Source: an uncultured virus (IMG/VR IMGVR_UViG_3300044729_003978) (lineage: Duplodnaviria > Heunggongvirae > Uroviricota > Caudoviricetes). From it: a stretch of DNA of 61,408 bases. The DNA is taken from the IMG/VR virus record IMGVR_UViG_3300044729_003978; one strand, 5' to 3'. The position numbers were made by a program, and so were the translations under genes. The notes under the pieces are model-generated. The model was not told the DNA's origin and did not search any database. It was given only the letters and a program-made list of their open reading frames with translations. Shown piece by piece: positions 43,470 to 53,120 of the stretch. Positions within the stretch are counted from its first letter, which is position 1; the number at the start of each line of letters is the position of its first letter.

Positions 43470-44327
43470 TCAGCGACGGCAGCGGCAGCAACGGTCGCAG
43501 TCGTCTTCCATGTCGTCATCAATCTCATCTTCGAAGTCGTCTTCGAAGTCATCGTCGCAGAAATCATCATCAGCGTTGTTGTTTGTCCACTCCTGACCAC
43601 ATGAAGTGTAGCAGGGCTTGGAAAGCTTGTCCTTGAACTCAGAGAGAACAACATACTGACATGTGCGAAGCTTTCGGCAATCCTCGCTTGGTACGCTAAC
43701 AACATCCGCAGGATTGATCTTTACGATGATGTACTTTGAGGACGCGTTTCCATAGCCACGTACATATTCAAGAGAACCAGCGTGTAGGCCGCTGCTGCAG
43801 CCGTTGTTGCAGTCATCGTCAACATTCATTCGCGGCATCTTGACGATGGTTCCAATACCGTTGTAGATCTTTCCAGAGTAGATGTCAAGCCAATCGTTTC
43901 GAACAGCCTTGTATGCGAGGAAGTGTCCGTCTTCGGTGATTGGCAGGTTCTCGTTCTCAAGGAACTTGTAGAGTTCCTGACGAGCGCGATACGATGGGTT
44001 GTCCATGAGATTCTTGAGGAAGTTAACAAGAGGCTCAAAAGGCATTCCTTCCGACATGAACTTCAGGATTCGGTCAACAACGAGATTGTGAACTAGCTCG
44101 TTCTTGTAGAAGACACTGCCGTTCTCGACCTTGAGATCGCCGCTGATGTAATCGCGAACAGCAGACTCAATGTCGATGTTCTTCTTAAGCTCTTCCCAAT
44201 TGCGGTTCTTGATGCTATCCTTGCACTTTGCGAAGTTTGGATGATCGGAGGTGATCACCTTTGGTGACTCTCCGAAGAAGACGGCAGTGATGGAGTTGTC
44301 AGTAACGATGATGGAAGGAGTGTTCAT
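43470..44327 (-). CDS. rIIB: rIIB-like protein
   Basis: NPS...ELY.FLE, ITEDGHFLAYKAV, CSSGLHAG and VKINPADVVSVP motifs; directly follows rIIA. Confidence 0.85.
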   Translation of the reverse strand: MNTPSIIVTDNSITAVFFGESPKVITSDHPNFAKCKDSIKNRNWEELKKNIDIESAVRDYISGDLKVENGSVFYKNELVHNLVVDRILKFMSEGMPFEPLVNFLKNLMDNPSYRARQELYKFLENENLPITEDGHFLAYKAVRNDWLDIYSGKIYNGIGTIVKMPRMNVDDDCNNGCSSGLHAGSLEYVRGYGNASSKYIIVKINPADVVSVPSEDCRKLRTCQYVVLSEFKDKLSKPCYTSCGQEWTNNNADDDFCDDDFEDDFEDEIDDDMEDDCDRCCRCRR

Positions 44328-44390
44328 GGCTTTTATAATTTCGTTTGCGGTAAGAAAAAGTTCCAAAAATCTTATTAATTACGAAAAAAA

Positions 44391-46553
44391 TCAATTTTCA
44401 ATCTTATTCACATAATCAATCATTGAGACGATTGCTTGATCTCTATCTTGTCTAGTTGCTGCTGAAAGATACTGAAGTAGTGGATATTTAGACCTGAACT
44501 CACTGATGATCTTATCAAATTCGTCCCTGTGTGTCTTGTTGATCTTATCCCTGTCGATTTTTGCAAATTCAGAAATGCATTCGATATGACTGAATTCGCT
44601 ATTTACCGAGATATTTAGAGTCTTAATCTTTCTGATGAACTTCTCAAATGTTCCGCTAGGAATCTTGTTCACGTCAATCTGGTCAATGCAAGAAGAAAGA
44701 AGCGGGCATACAGACCATGCATTGCAATCCGCGATTGAATACCTACCGAAGATACTTGAGATAGCAGATGAAACCTTTGGGTGTGTAATAACCTCGTTAT
44801 TTATCCACTGAGTTATCGAGATTCCATTCTTTGCCTTCTCAACATCAGAAACCTTTATGCCATAGAAATCTGGCATATTAATTCCAAAATACTGCAGAGA
44901 AGACCTAAGTTTTGCAATGTTGTCGATGTTCCTTTCGTGGCCATTGATGAAAGGCTTGAATTTGTTTATCTCAATGTATACAAATTCTTGAGAAGATGGG
45001 ATATAACAAGATTCCCAGTTATTCTTCTGAACACCCCAGTTAGTTACCTTGTTGGAAATCTTGAACACTGGAATACTTCCACGGCTAGCTCTTTGTGTTT
45101 GCTTCCTTTCTACCTTTTCCCTCTTAAGTTCGTATGTTGAGATTAGCTTAAGATAACTCTTTGGGAAGTCGTTCTTATCAAAGAACTGAGATCCGTCAAC
45201 AGTTTGCCCGTCCGATGTCTTTGTTTCAGTTAGTTTGAAAAGATAGAATGTCCTGCCAGGATTCTTCCTGGCCATGTCAGACATCTTCAAGATGCAATTC
45301 TTTGAGTCATCGACAAGCCAAAAACAATCTTGCTTGAGACAATCTTCTGTGATCCGAATATTGGCAACATGTGTTGACCTGTGCGTCTTAGAGCCTGTAT
45401 GAACAAACTCATCTACGGCTAGACCAGTAAAATCTGTATTAATGAAGTGGTTTAGATTCTTCTTACCTCTCCAAGAAATTGAGTTCCTGATCTCGCCCCA
45501 ATTACCAGCCCTTGTAAATCCGTCAACCTTTGATACGGCGATTCTAGCCTTAATTGCATCTTCTGCTAAAGAAACTTCGGAGTTGATCTTATCAATTAGC
45601 TCATCAAAGTATTTCCTTGCCTTATCCTTGATTGCCTTGACTGTAATGCTGTTGTACTCAAGCTCCTCTCTAGACGCTGCGATTGATAGTTCGCCAATAT
45701 CAAAGTCAATCTCTACAAGTCCGCTGATAAACTTGTATTCCTTAGACATGTCTTTAGCCCAATAATCCTTGATTTCAGGAAAAACTAGGCTTGTGTCGAT
45801 TGGGTATCCAATGTTTCCCATTACGGCCACAGCATTCTTGTAGCCGTTTACAGAGGAATAATTGTAATAGGAAGATGCAGGATCCAAAACCCGCCAACCA
45901 TTTCCTGAAAACGCAATCTTTCTGTAGCTATCTTCGATATTTCCTCTTACTACAGGCTTTACCTTGAAGAATCTAGTTACATGTGCGATCTTCTTTGAAA
46001 ACACATCCACATCGTTTGACTTTACGGGAATGCAGATTTCAATACCAGGTTCTTCGCTAGTAGAAGTCTCAGAGATCTTCGCGATAGAGCCTAGTCTGCT
46101 TTCATCAATGTACGCAGAGTAGACTGTCTTCAGTCCATCGCAGAAAGATGTGATTGTGAATGTGTCACCGTAAGCAAAACCGCTCTTCGATCCTAGGCCA
46201 AGTTGACCAGTAAAAGCGTTTGAGTTTCGCTTTGTTGACCTACCATACATGCAGTAGATGCTTCTGACATCTTCTTCAGACAATCCCTTGCCGTAGTCCC
46301 TGACCTTGAACAAAGGATTCATCTTGTTAGGAACTGTGATTACGATTGGATCGTTTGAAAGCCCATTCTCAGTGTTTGCATCTGCCGCATTTGTGCAGTA
46401 CTCTCTTACTACAGCTAGTACCTTGTCTGAGTACAGCTTGTTACGCAAGATATCGAAGATGTAAACAAGGTCTTCGCTGCTTGCAATGCCAAACTTCGAC
46501 TCAGAGAAAGAGCCTACCTTGGTAACGACTGGTGAGATTGAGTTGTCTTTCAT
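44391..46553 (-). CDS. rIIA: rIIA-like protein (GHKL ATPase N-terminus)
   Basis: LYSDK..AVVREYCTNAADA, VRDYGKGL and STKR..GQLGLGSKS motifs. Confidence 0.88.
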   Translation of the reverse strand: MKDNSISPVVTKVGSFSESKFGIASSEDLVYIFDILRNKLYSDKVLAVVREYCTNAADANTENGLSNDPIVITVPNKMNPLFKVRDYGKGLSEEDVRSIYCMYGRSTKRNSNAFTGQLGLGSKSGFAYGDTFTITSFCDGLKTVYSAYIDESRLGSIAKISETSTSEEPGIEICIPVKSNDVDVFSKKIAHVTRFFKVKPVVRGNIEDSYRKIAFSGNGWRVLDPASSYYNYSSVNGYKNAVAVMGNIGYPIDTSLVFPEIKDYWAKDMSKEYKFISGLVEIDFDIGELSIAASREELEYNSITVKAIKDKARKYFDELIDKINSEVSLAEDAIKARIAVSKVDGFTRAGNWGEIRNSISWRGKKNLNHFINTDFTGLAVDEFVHTGSKTHRSTHVANIRITEDCLKQDCFWLVDDSKNCILKMSDMARKNPGRTFYLFKLTETKTSDGQTVDGSQFFDKNDFPKSYLKLISTYELKREKVERKQTQRASRGSIPVFKISNKVTNWGVQKNNWESCYIPSSQEFVYIEINKFKPFINGHERNIDNIAKLRSSLQYFGINMPDFYGIKVSDVEKAKNGISITQWINNEVITHPKVSSAISSIFGRYSIADCNAWSVCPLLSSCIDQIDVNKIPSGTFEKFIRKIKTLNISVNSEFSHIECISEFAKIDRDKINKTHRDEFDKIISEFRSKYPLLQYLSAATRQDRDQAIVSMIDYVNKIEN

Positions 46554-47215
46554 TGGTTCCTCAGTTTCTTAAGAGCAGACTCTTGAATCTGCCTTACTCT
46601 TTCCCTAGAAATGCCGCCAAGAATATTTTCTCCAATGTAATCTAGCGTTCTAGGCTCTGTGTTTATGCCAAACCTGAATCTTATAACCAATGTCTCTCTC
46701 TCGTTCAATCTTTCTAGATTTTCTAGCTCTAATTTTTCGCTTGCTTTTTGTTGTTGAATCTCAGCTTCCGAAAAACCAAAACCATGCATGGTCCAGCAGC
46801 TGTATAGGTTGTATCTTTCTGTGGCCCACTTTATATAGAGTAAAGATGAGTTAGGGCCTTTTCGCGCAAGTATTCTTCCTGCGGCAAAAAGAATCTGAAG
46901 CATTTGTATCTGCTTCGCCCTTGGTATTCTTACTGGATGCCTGTCACCAGACCACTTATTTGTGCAGCCTCTAATCCAGTGGTGAGCGTATGTAGAGAAT
47001 TTTCCCTTTTCTTTTTCAAATCTACAACTCGCTTCACAAAGGCCTAAAAACGCACACTGAAGTCTGTCTTCAATCTCTCTAGATCCGTTAAGCGCCCAAT
47101 CTGGTCTTGAGAATGCGTAGTATCTCGCTAACTTAACATTTGATCTAACTCTTTTAATCTGCTCCTTGCTTGACAGGATTCGAGTCTTCTGTTTTTGGCT
47201 TGTCTTTCTTTTCAT
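46550..47215 (-). CDS. RpoD/RpoS-like sigma factor
   Basis: GLCEA..RF....KFSTYAHHWIR, VRIP and RFG...TL..IG..GISRERVRQIQ..ALKKLR motifs. Confidence 0.88.
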   Translation of the reverse strand: MKRKTSQKQKTRILSSKEQIKRVRSNVKLARYYAFSRPDWALNGSREIEDRLQCAFLGLCEASCRFEKEKGKFSTYAHHWIRGCTNKWSGDRHPVRIPRAKQIQMLQILFAAGRILARKGPNSSLLYIKWATERYNLYSCWTMHGFGFSEAEIQQQKASEKLELENLERLNERETLVIRFRFGINTEPRTLDYIGENILGGISRERVRQIQESALKKLRNQ

Positions 47216-47584
47216 CCTTGTCTGCCCCGATCATTGGGAATGGGTGCGAAAAGATATGATAAACCATCTTAATGAAGTCGTCATTGTGCTGTTTATCTGT
47301 TTTATTGTTCATTTTGTTTTCTTTTTTATTATGACTATATTATTTTCTTCAAAAAGCGTTTTCTTACAACCCTAAACTACTCTTGGAGTTAGCTAGCACC
47401 CTACGCCATTTCTTATTGACTTTACCAAACACAAGAGAGTAACCACACACAACTAATCTTCTTCTAGAAAGAAATGAAAACATGTTGTTTTCTACGTCAC
47501 AAGTCCAGCAATTTCTCCACTAGAAGCCAAAGAATCCAAAACAAAAGCAGCACTAAAATAGCTGCACCAATTGCTGTAGCGATC

Positions 47585-47770
47585 TCAATCACGTTTCTTT
47601 CCCATCCATCCAGTTATTGCGCCTACATAATAGCAGAATAGAGCAGCTGCGATTGAGTACCATCCTCCGCTCCATGCCATCCACATACTTAAGCAGGTTA
47701 CCGCCGCAATGATGGCGCATAAAATGAATACTAGCACGAGTTGGATTATAATTATCTTTGTGTTTGTCAT
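47585..47770 (-). CDS. small membrane protein
   Basis: two hydrophobic helices after MTNTK. Confidence 0.5.
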   Translation of the reverse strand: MTNTKIIIIQLVLVFILCAIIAAVTCLSMWMAWSGGWYSIAAALFCYYVGAITGWMGKKRD

Positions 47771-47789
47771 TTGACTACCCATTGTACTA

Positions 47790-48311
47790 TTAAACTTTAT
47801 CGTTCTTTGCGTCTTCAAAAAAGATTTCAATAGGTTCACTAAAATGAATCTCTGTACGAATAGCGTTTTGAGAGTAGAATTTTCCATTCTCCCATATCCA
47901 ACGAAATTGTGAGCCGTCTTCTCCACGAACATCAATGAAAGAACCATCTTCTACGACAGGGGCGATTGCTGCGAAGAACTTTTCCTCATCACCAATCTTT
48001 CCTTCTCCATAACGAATGTTAAGTTCGAAATGCTTAACTCCATCTGTTCCTTCGATTTTTTCTTTGAGATCGTATCCCCATTCTTCGAAGACGAGACAAA
48101 TGTCACGTTCGAGAACTGCGCGACGAACATGGTCGGTGCTTACCCAAGCGTACCACGATGAAGTCTTTCCAGCCGATGTAAACGATCCGCCGCGTCCGTT
48201 CTTTTCGATATTCTCATCAGACATTAGGTTTCTAACAAGATCGAAGAAACGAGCGAGATTTTCTGCGCGGATAGAGAAAAAAGTATTAGGTGTGCTGATG
48301 TGGTAGCCCAT
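47790..48311 (-). CDS. hypothetical protein (paralog of 40605..40997)
   Basis: AAGGA SD; shared motifs. Confidence 0.7.
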   Translation of the reverse strand: MGYHISTPNTFFSIRAENLARFFDLVRNLMSDENIEKNGRGGSFTSAGKTSSWYAWVSTDHVRRAVLERDICLVFEEWGYDLKEKIEGTDGVKHFELNIRYGEGKIGDEEKFFAAIAPVVEDGSFIDVRGEDGSQFRWIWENGKFYSQNAIRTEIHFSEPIEIFFEDAKNDKV

Positions 48312-48324
48312 TTTATTCCTTTAT

Positions 48325-48750
48325 TCACATATTACGAAACTGAAGCTCTATTTCGTTAGCTAATTCAGTAAAAGATCTGTTTAAAGTATCATTAAGCGTT
48401 ATGATCTCAATAAGATCTTTTTCAGAATGTAGCCCTCCAGTGTTATTCTTAACGAACGGTGTTCCTGATTTAAGCCCAGCCCACAATACAACATCTTCTG
48501 GAAGAACGGAAGCGTGTCCGTTAAAAAATCGAGATTTATATGGCTTGTTAGAGTTCTTTTCGTACTCAAGGGATTCTGAAGTAAAAACCTCGCAAGCCTT
48601 ATCGCCATGTTTGGTGTAAATATCACAAAGTACACCAAGACAACAAAACGCGCAACCATCGCTATACTCCTTGCAAAGAGCGCTTTTTGTTTGCTTATAG
48701 TCGCCAGATCTAAGGGCGTCAATCCAAAGTTTTGCGATTTCCTCTTTCAC
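48325..48750 (-). CDS. conserved phage hypothetical protein
   Basis: W..ALRSG.YKQ...FCCLGVLC...LND...F..LA pattern. Confidence 0.7.
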   Translation of the reverse strand: MKEEIAKLWIDALRSGDYKQTKSALCKEYSDGCAFCCLGVLCDIYTKHGDKACEVFTSESLEYEKNSNKPYKSRFFNGHASVLPEDVVLWAGLKSGTPFVKNNTGGLHSEKDLIEIITLNDTLNRSFTELANEIELQFRNM

Positions 48751-49151
48751 AGAGATTCCTCCATAATACTTATAATCTTTTCAACCACAAACTTGAGACT
48801 CTCGATATCTCTTTCTAAGATTGTAATGTCAGGAGAAACGCTTGTTCTCTTCTTTACAGGAAGTGTGTAGACGACAGAAAAAACATCCTTGTCCACACCA
48901 AACAAGTCCTCGCTAATCACAATTGGCCATCTAATCTTTACGAAAGCCCACTCATCTTTTTGATTGTCTGGCTTAGATGCATAGTCGAAAACTATCATCC
49001 AAGAAAATTTCCCATGCCTGTAGCATGTTTGTTGGATCTTGTAGCACCAACCGTCTGGTATTAGGTCTTTTGCTGCTTTTGCAGCAATTCTCTTTTTCTT
49101 GTTGAATGACTTGTAGCCCTCTAGTGCCGCTTCGAATCTGTGGTCTTTCAT
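48747..49151 (-). CDS. hypothetical protein
   Basis: coupled to the downstream gene. Confidence 0.55.
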   Translation of the reverse strand: MKDHRFEAALEGYKSFNKKKRIAAKAAKDLIPDGWCYKIQQTCYRHGKFSWMIVFDYASKPDNQKDEWAFVKIRWPIVISEDLFGVDKDVFSVVYTLPVKKRTSVSPDITILERDIESLKFVVEKIISIMEESL

Positions 49152-49296
49152 TGTTGCTTCTCCTCAAAGCGATCCTTCCACGGGACGATATTACCTTCGT
49201 CATCTTCCATCATTGAGGTATAAATGATGATTTGACCGCTATTGTCGGTTGATCCGTCCCAGTGCTTTTGGATGAAGTCTATCATTTCTTGAGTAG

Positions 49297-49659
49297 TCAT
49301 TGTTGCTCCTTAATGATTTCACTAAACCTTTCGAGAGCCTCCTTGTCTTCTGATCCAATCCCGAAAATCATATGAGAATTCGCGAAAAATTCATCCTTTG
49401 TCCTCCAGCACACTTGATCCAAAAGATGCTGGATTACAGGTTCGTAGATGCTATCTGGGTAAGGGCCATGCCAACCGTGAGATTCTTCGATCTGCATAAC
49501 CCAATCACAGTGTGAGCAAGATCCATATGTCAGCTCAGAAACTGAATACTTTCCATCCTTGCGCAGGAGATAGTATGTAGTTCCCCGCCAATCGCCAACT
49601 GAAAGGGTGTAAGTAAAATCAGCTCCAGTCATTTCTTGGAGCCTCTTTTCAAAATCCAT
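49297..49659 (-). CDS. hypothetical protein with GSCSHCD motif
   Basis: AGGAG SD; YGSCSxCD motif. Confidence 0.6.
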   Translation of the reverse strand: MDFEKRLQEMTGADFTYTLSVGDWRGTTYYLLRKDGKYSVSELTYGSCSHCDWVMQIEESHGWHGPYPDSIYEPVIQHLLDQVCWRTKDEFFANSHMIFGIGSEDKEALERFSEIIKEQQ

Positions 49660-49670
49660 GTTTGTCTCCT

Positions 49671-49853
49671 TTACTCTAGACCGATCTTGTCATCAAGCCT
49701 AGAAAATTCGTCTAGTGCGTATTTACTAAGGCTTCTTTTTTGAGACTCTATCCTTTCATAGGCCTCAGAAAGAATCCTTACCACATCAATCGGCAAATCT
49801 TTTCTTTTTGTCATTTCTCTTATTCTGTAAGACAAATCATCATCTTCTTTCAT
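49671..49853 (-). CDS. hypothetical protein
   Basis: tiles in the operon. Confidence 0.45.
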   Translation of the reverse strand: MKEDDDLSYRIREMTKRKDLPIDVVRILSEAYERIESQKRSLSKYALDEFSRLDDKIGLE

Positions 49854-49864
49854 TGTTTCTCTTT

Positions 49865-50062
49865 CTATTGAAAAGGCACTATGACATAGTAACCGTTTTC
49901 AATCTTGTTCTGTATCTCAAAAACCTCTGGAACATCTTGAAAAGCACAGTCACATTCTAGAGGTTCAGAATGGTTTGGCCCGTGCCTTTCGTAAAAGACT
50001 CCACTCCCATTGCAAAGTTTGCAGTTTTTAACCGCCATAAGTGTAACAGGTTTTTCGCTCAT
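49865..50062 (-). CDS. small zinc-ribbon protein
   Basis: CKLCNGSG...CDC. Confidence 0.55.
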   Translation of the reverse strand: MSEKPVTLMAVKNCKLCNGSGVFYERHGPNHSEPLECDCAFQDVPEVFEIQNKIENGYYVIVPFQ

Positions 50063-50373
50063 GGCTTGTCAGTTCCTAGATCTCCTGGAAGTACTCCATC
50101 GTACTTATCAAAGTATTCTGTGAACGGTTCTTGATTCCTATAATCCAAAAGCTCTTCTTCTGTTGGACTAACGAATTGCTTACGACCATTTTCCTCAAGT
50201 ACGTAGTTAACTCGTACAATTGCTGCCTTTGCGTTTTTACTAAAATCTAAACCGCTAATTCGCGCATCAGAAACCTCATCAATCAAATCAGCCATGTGAT
50301 ACAACAGATCCAACATCTTATTCTTCATTTTTGAGTCAAAAGCATCTTCGCTAACAGAATCATTGTTTTTCAT
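50059..50373 (-). CDS. hypothetical protein
   Basis: SD plus coupling. Confidence 0.5.
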   Translation of the reverse strand: MKNNDSVSEDAFDSKMKNKMLDLLYHMADLIDEVSDARISGLDFSKNAKAAIVRVNYVLEENGRKQFVSPTEEELLDYRNQEPFTEYFDKYDGVLPGDLGTDKP

Positions 50374-50397
50374 TTTGAAATCCTTTATTCTAAACCA

Positions 50398-50745
50398 TTA
50401 CTTGCGTTCTTCAAAACAGTCCCAACCACGAATCTTAGATTGTTCGACCGCGTCTGGCGATTCATAAGAGGACTTTCCGTGTTTGCCTGACAGGATCGCG
50501 CAAATCTCCTTACGAGCTGCATCGCGCTGAGTAGCTATAGTTTCTAACTCTGCAGCATATGCGGTTTTGAAGGCTACGGCTGCGTCACGCTCCAAACGAA
50601 GATTATTGTTTTCTTCTTGCAGTGCTATGATTTGACGCCTAAGTTCGAAGATTGTTTGTCCACAAGCCTCAAGATTCGCATCACGCTCCTTGAGTGCCTT
50701 GGTCAAAAGTTCTGAACGATTTCGAAAGATTTCTTCATCAGTCAC
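50398..50745 (-). CDS. coiled-coil protein, RDxAR..C..GWDC family
   Basis: QRDAARKEIC...RGWDCFE. Confidence 0.6.
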   Translation of the reverse strand: MTDEEIFRNRSELLTKALKERDANLEACGQTIFELRRQIIALQEENNNLRLERDAAVAFKTAYAAELETIATQRDAARKEICAILSGKHGKSSYESPDAVEQSKIRGWDCFEERK

Positions 50746-51005
50746 TTTCCGTCCTCCATCAAGAAGTTTCGCTCATTTAGCTTTTCAAGTCTATCGTCAA
50801 GCCCCTTCTTCATCCTCTTGCCATCTTCCGATTCCTTCCATCTTTCAATTGCAGGATTACCGCAAGAACAGACAAGTGCTTCATCGGTATTAGGACCGAC
50901 AAGCATATAATCGAACTCGCCGCACCAATGCCAACCTCGCTCCAACTCTTCATTGGTTAGCCCCATCCCAGACTTTGATAGTTCGATGTATCGCTCTCTA
51001 TTCAC
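50742..51005 (-). CDS. hypothetical protein
   Basis: GWHWCGEFD...CSC. Confidence 0.55.
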   Translation of the reverse strand: MNRERYIELSKSGMGLTNEELERGWHWCGEFDYMLVGPNTDEALVCSCGNPAIERWKESEDGKRMKKGLDDRLEKLNERNFLMEDGK

Positions 51006-51289
51006 TTTACGTCCTCCTTGAAACCTTGCTCCTTCGCAATCTGTCGTGCTTCATCTTCCTCGCAATGATCCGTCATTGCATTGCAGAACATTTGCCGCGC
51101 CTCGTCGCGTTCGGCTGTAAGTTCAAGAATCTTTTCTGAACGCATATCACACATATGAATACGTTCAGTCAACTCATTCCTGAGCCGCAAAATCTCTTCT
51201 GATGCCTCCAATCGCTCCGCATTTCCCATGTCTGTCATTGATGTCCAGATGATACGGAGCCTGTCTACTATGTCAATGTCTTGTCTCAT
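51002..51289 (-). CDS. coiled-coil protein, RDxAR family
   Basis: DIVDRLR...ERDEARQMFC. Confidence 0.6.
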   Translation of the reverse strand: MRQDIDIVDRLRIIWTSMTDMGNAERLEASEEILRLRNELTERIHMCDMRSEKILELTAERDEARQMFCNAMTDHCEEDEARQIAKEQGFKEDVK

Positions 51290-51594
51290 TTGCCATTCTC
51301 CTTCTCAACCTTTTGGAGTTTCCGAATAGTTGAATCCAACTCGTCAGTCTTTGCTGCAAGTTTGGTTCGAACGCGCTCTAAATCCTCAAGCAGAAGAGCG
51401 TATCGACTCTCAACATGGTAGATGTAAACATTCAGTCGAGCATTCTCAACCTTGTAGTACTCCAACTCTGTCTCAATCTTTTTGAGTTTTCGTGAATCCA
51501 ACTCATCAGATTTATTTGAAAGTTCGCATTTCATTTCTTCTTCGCCGCTAATCACCGCAGCAATCACCGCAGGATTTAAGTCCTCGTTCTTCAT
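51286..51594 (-). CDS. coiled-coil hypothetical protein with internal duplication
   Basis: KSDELDSRKLKKIE / KTDELDSTIRKLQKVE. Confidence 0.55.
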   Translation of the reverse strand: MKNEDLNPAVIAAVISGEEEMKCELSNKSDELDSRKLKKIETELEYYKVENARLNVYIYHVESRYALLLEDLERVRTKLAAKTDELDSTIRKLQKVEKENGK

Positions 51595-51908
51595 GGCTTC
51601 TTAACTCCTTCGTAGCAATCCCACCCCAAGAGGCTAGCACACTCGTACTTGTTTTGTGGGGCAAATAAACCGCCCCTGGCCTTATCAAAGAAAATTTTGG
51701 CCTTATGCTCCTCCGCAAGTTCACACGCTAGCCGTCTTGCGTCAAGAAGCTCTAGGTTGATTCTACGCCCCTCCTTTCTTAGAGCGTCAATCTCTTCAAT
51801 CGCAGCCGAAATGATTTGCGGAGAGAGAACCTCAAGAGCGTCTTTGCTCTTAAGAACCTCAAGAATGTCCTTATTCTTTAGGTATGTATGCGGATTGCTC
51901 AAGACCAA
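51591..51908 (-). CDS. coiled-coil protein, DARR..C..GWDC family
   Basis: LDARRLAC...LGWDCYE. Confidence 0.6.
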   Translation of the reverse strand: MVLSNPHTYLKNKDILEVLKSKDALEVLSPQIISAAIEEIDALRKEGRRINLELLDARRLACELAEEHKAKIFFDKARGGLFAPQNKYECASLLGWDCYEGVKKP

Positions 51909-52396
51909 ATCTCCTGTTCTGCTGGGATTCCCCGTTTCTGGGCATCGAACTTGAAAACGAAAGACCCTGGAGAAACTTCAATCTTCTTCATATAGAAGAA
52001 AACAGTTCTTTGGAATCTAGGACTTACATGCTCAAAGAAACTGCCTAGAATAGCCATGTAAGTAGTCTCAGAAACACCCTCTGGACTCATCAGAATTGAG
52101 AAAACAAACTGCTCAAGTCTTGACTGTCTCATAACGACATTCGGTTCTTCTGATACATCCCAAAGGTACATCTGACCTGCTACATCAGGGATTGCTAGTT
52201 CTGACATTTGGTTGGTTTTGTTGTCGGGGTTCATATCCCCAATTTTAGCAGGTCTTTTCTTATTCTTTTGTTTAGAGTGGACGGCTGGCGGACTTTTGTC
52301 AACTTCGCCAACCTGATCCATGTCGGTGATCGCGTCCATACAAAACCTCGTTTTCAGCCCAAAAATGCGGCTAAAAGTCCGATTATTGATCCCCAA
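51899..52396 (-). CDS. hypothetical protein (start uncertain)
   Basis: open frame abutting the downstream gene. Confidence 0.45.
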   Translation of the reverse strand: MGINNRTFSRIFGLKTRFCMDAITDMDQVGEVDKSPPAVHSKQKNKKRPAKIGDMNPDNKTNQMSELAIPDVAGQMYLWDVSEEPNVVMRQSRLEQFVFSILMSPEGVSETTYMAILGSFFEHVSPRFQRTVFFYMKKIEVSPGSFVFKFDAQKRGIPAEQEIWS

Positions 52397-52627
52397 AACA
52401 CAAAATAAGCCCTCGCCCTCCCTCCCAAACTACCCCATATACATATAAGAGTATATAGTAGTAGTATAGGGAGAGAGAGGAGGAGTATTGGTCTGGGGAG
52501 TTTCTTGAAGTTGGAACAAAAATCCTCACAGAAATCCACTATGGTTTTCTTTGGTTTTCTATGGTTTCCCATAGCACTACATCCAATTCTACCCATAGAG
52601 CCTGTGGGTTTTTATGGTTTTACTTGG

Positions 52628-53095
52628 TCAGGGTTCGTTGTCGCCAGAACCCCTATCAGGGTAGTTGACACACTTTCCCTGGTGGTTGATGTTATCCCAG
52701 TTGTGATCTCCTCTATAGAAGCCACTTAGAGAAACGATTCCAGTGTAGCCCCTATAACCCTCAAAACGCCCCTTAAGGTACGAAGTAATATGACTGGCTA
52801 GAAGCACAGCCTCCTTATCTTGAGCGTTGTCATTGAAAGTCGGAAACTCTACGCGCAAATGCTGAACATTCCTGTCCCAACCGTCATCTTCAGATGTCAT
52901 CTGCGAAACATCAATCTTGACAAATACGTCTTCGATCTTCCCTTTGTACGATGGAAGCAGTTCCTTGAACTGCGTGTAAGCTTCTTCAGGAGACTTTGCC
53001 CAAAAACAAACTTCCCCAATCGCACCACTAGAGGATGAATATCGGAACTTGAAGAACATTAGCTCGTTTGATTTTTCGGTTTTAACGCTTGACAT
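52628..53095 (-). CDS. hypothetical protein
   Basis: AAGGAG SD before MSSVK. Confidence 0.55.
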   Translation of the reverse strand: MSSVKTEKSNELMFFKFRYSSSSGAIGEVCFWAKSPEEAYTQFKELLPSYKGKIEDVFVKIDVSQMTSEDDGWDRNVQHLRVEFPTFNDNAQDKEAVLLASHITSYLKGRFEGYRGYTGIVSLSGFYRGDHNWDNINHQGKCVNYPDRGSGDNEP

Positions 53096-53120
53096 TTTGA
53101 CTCCTTGCGGACTTTCGGTT

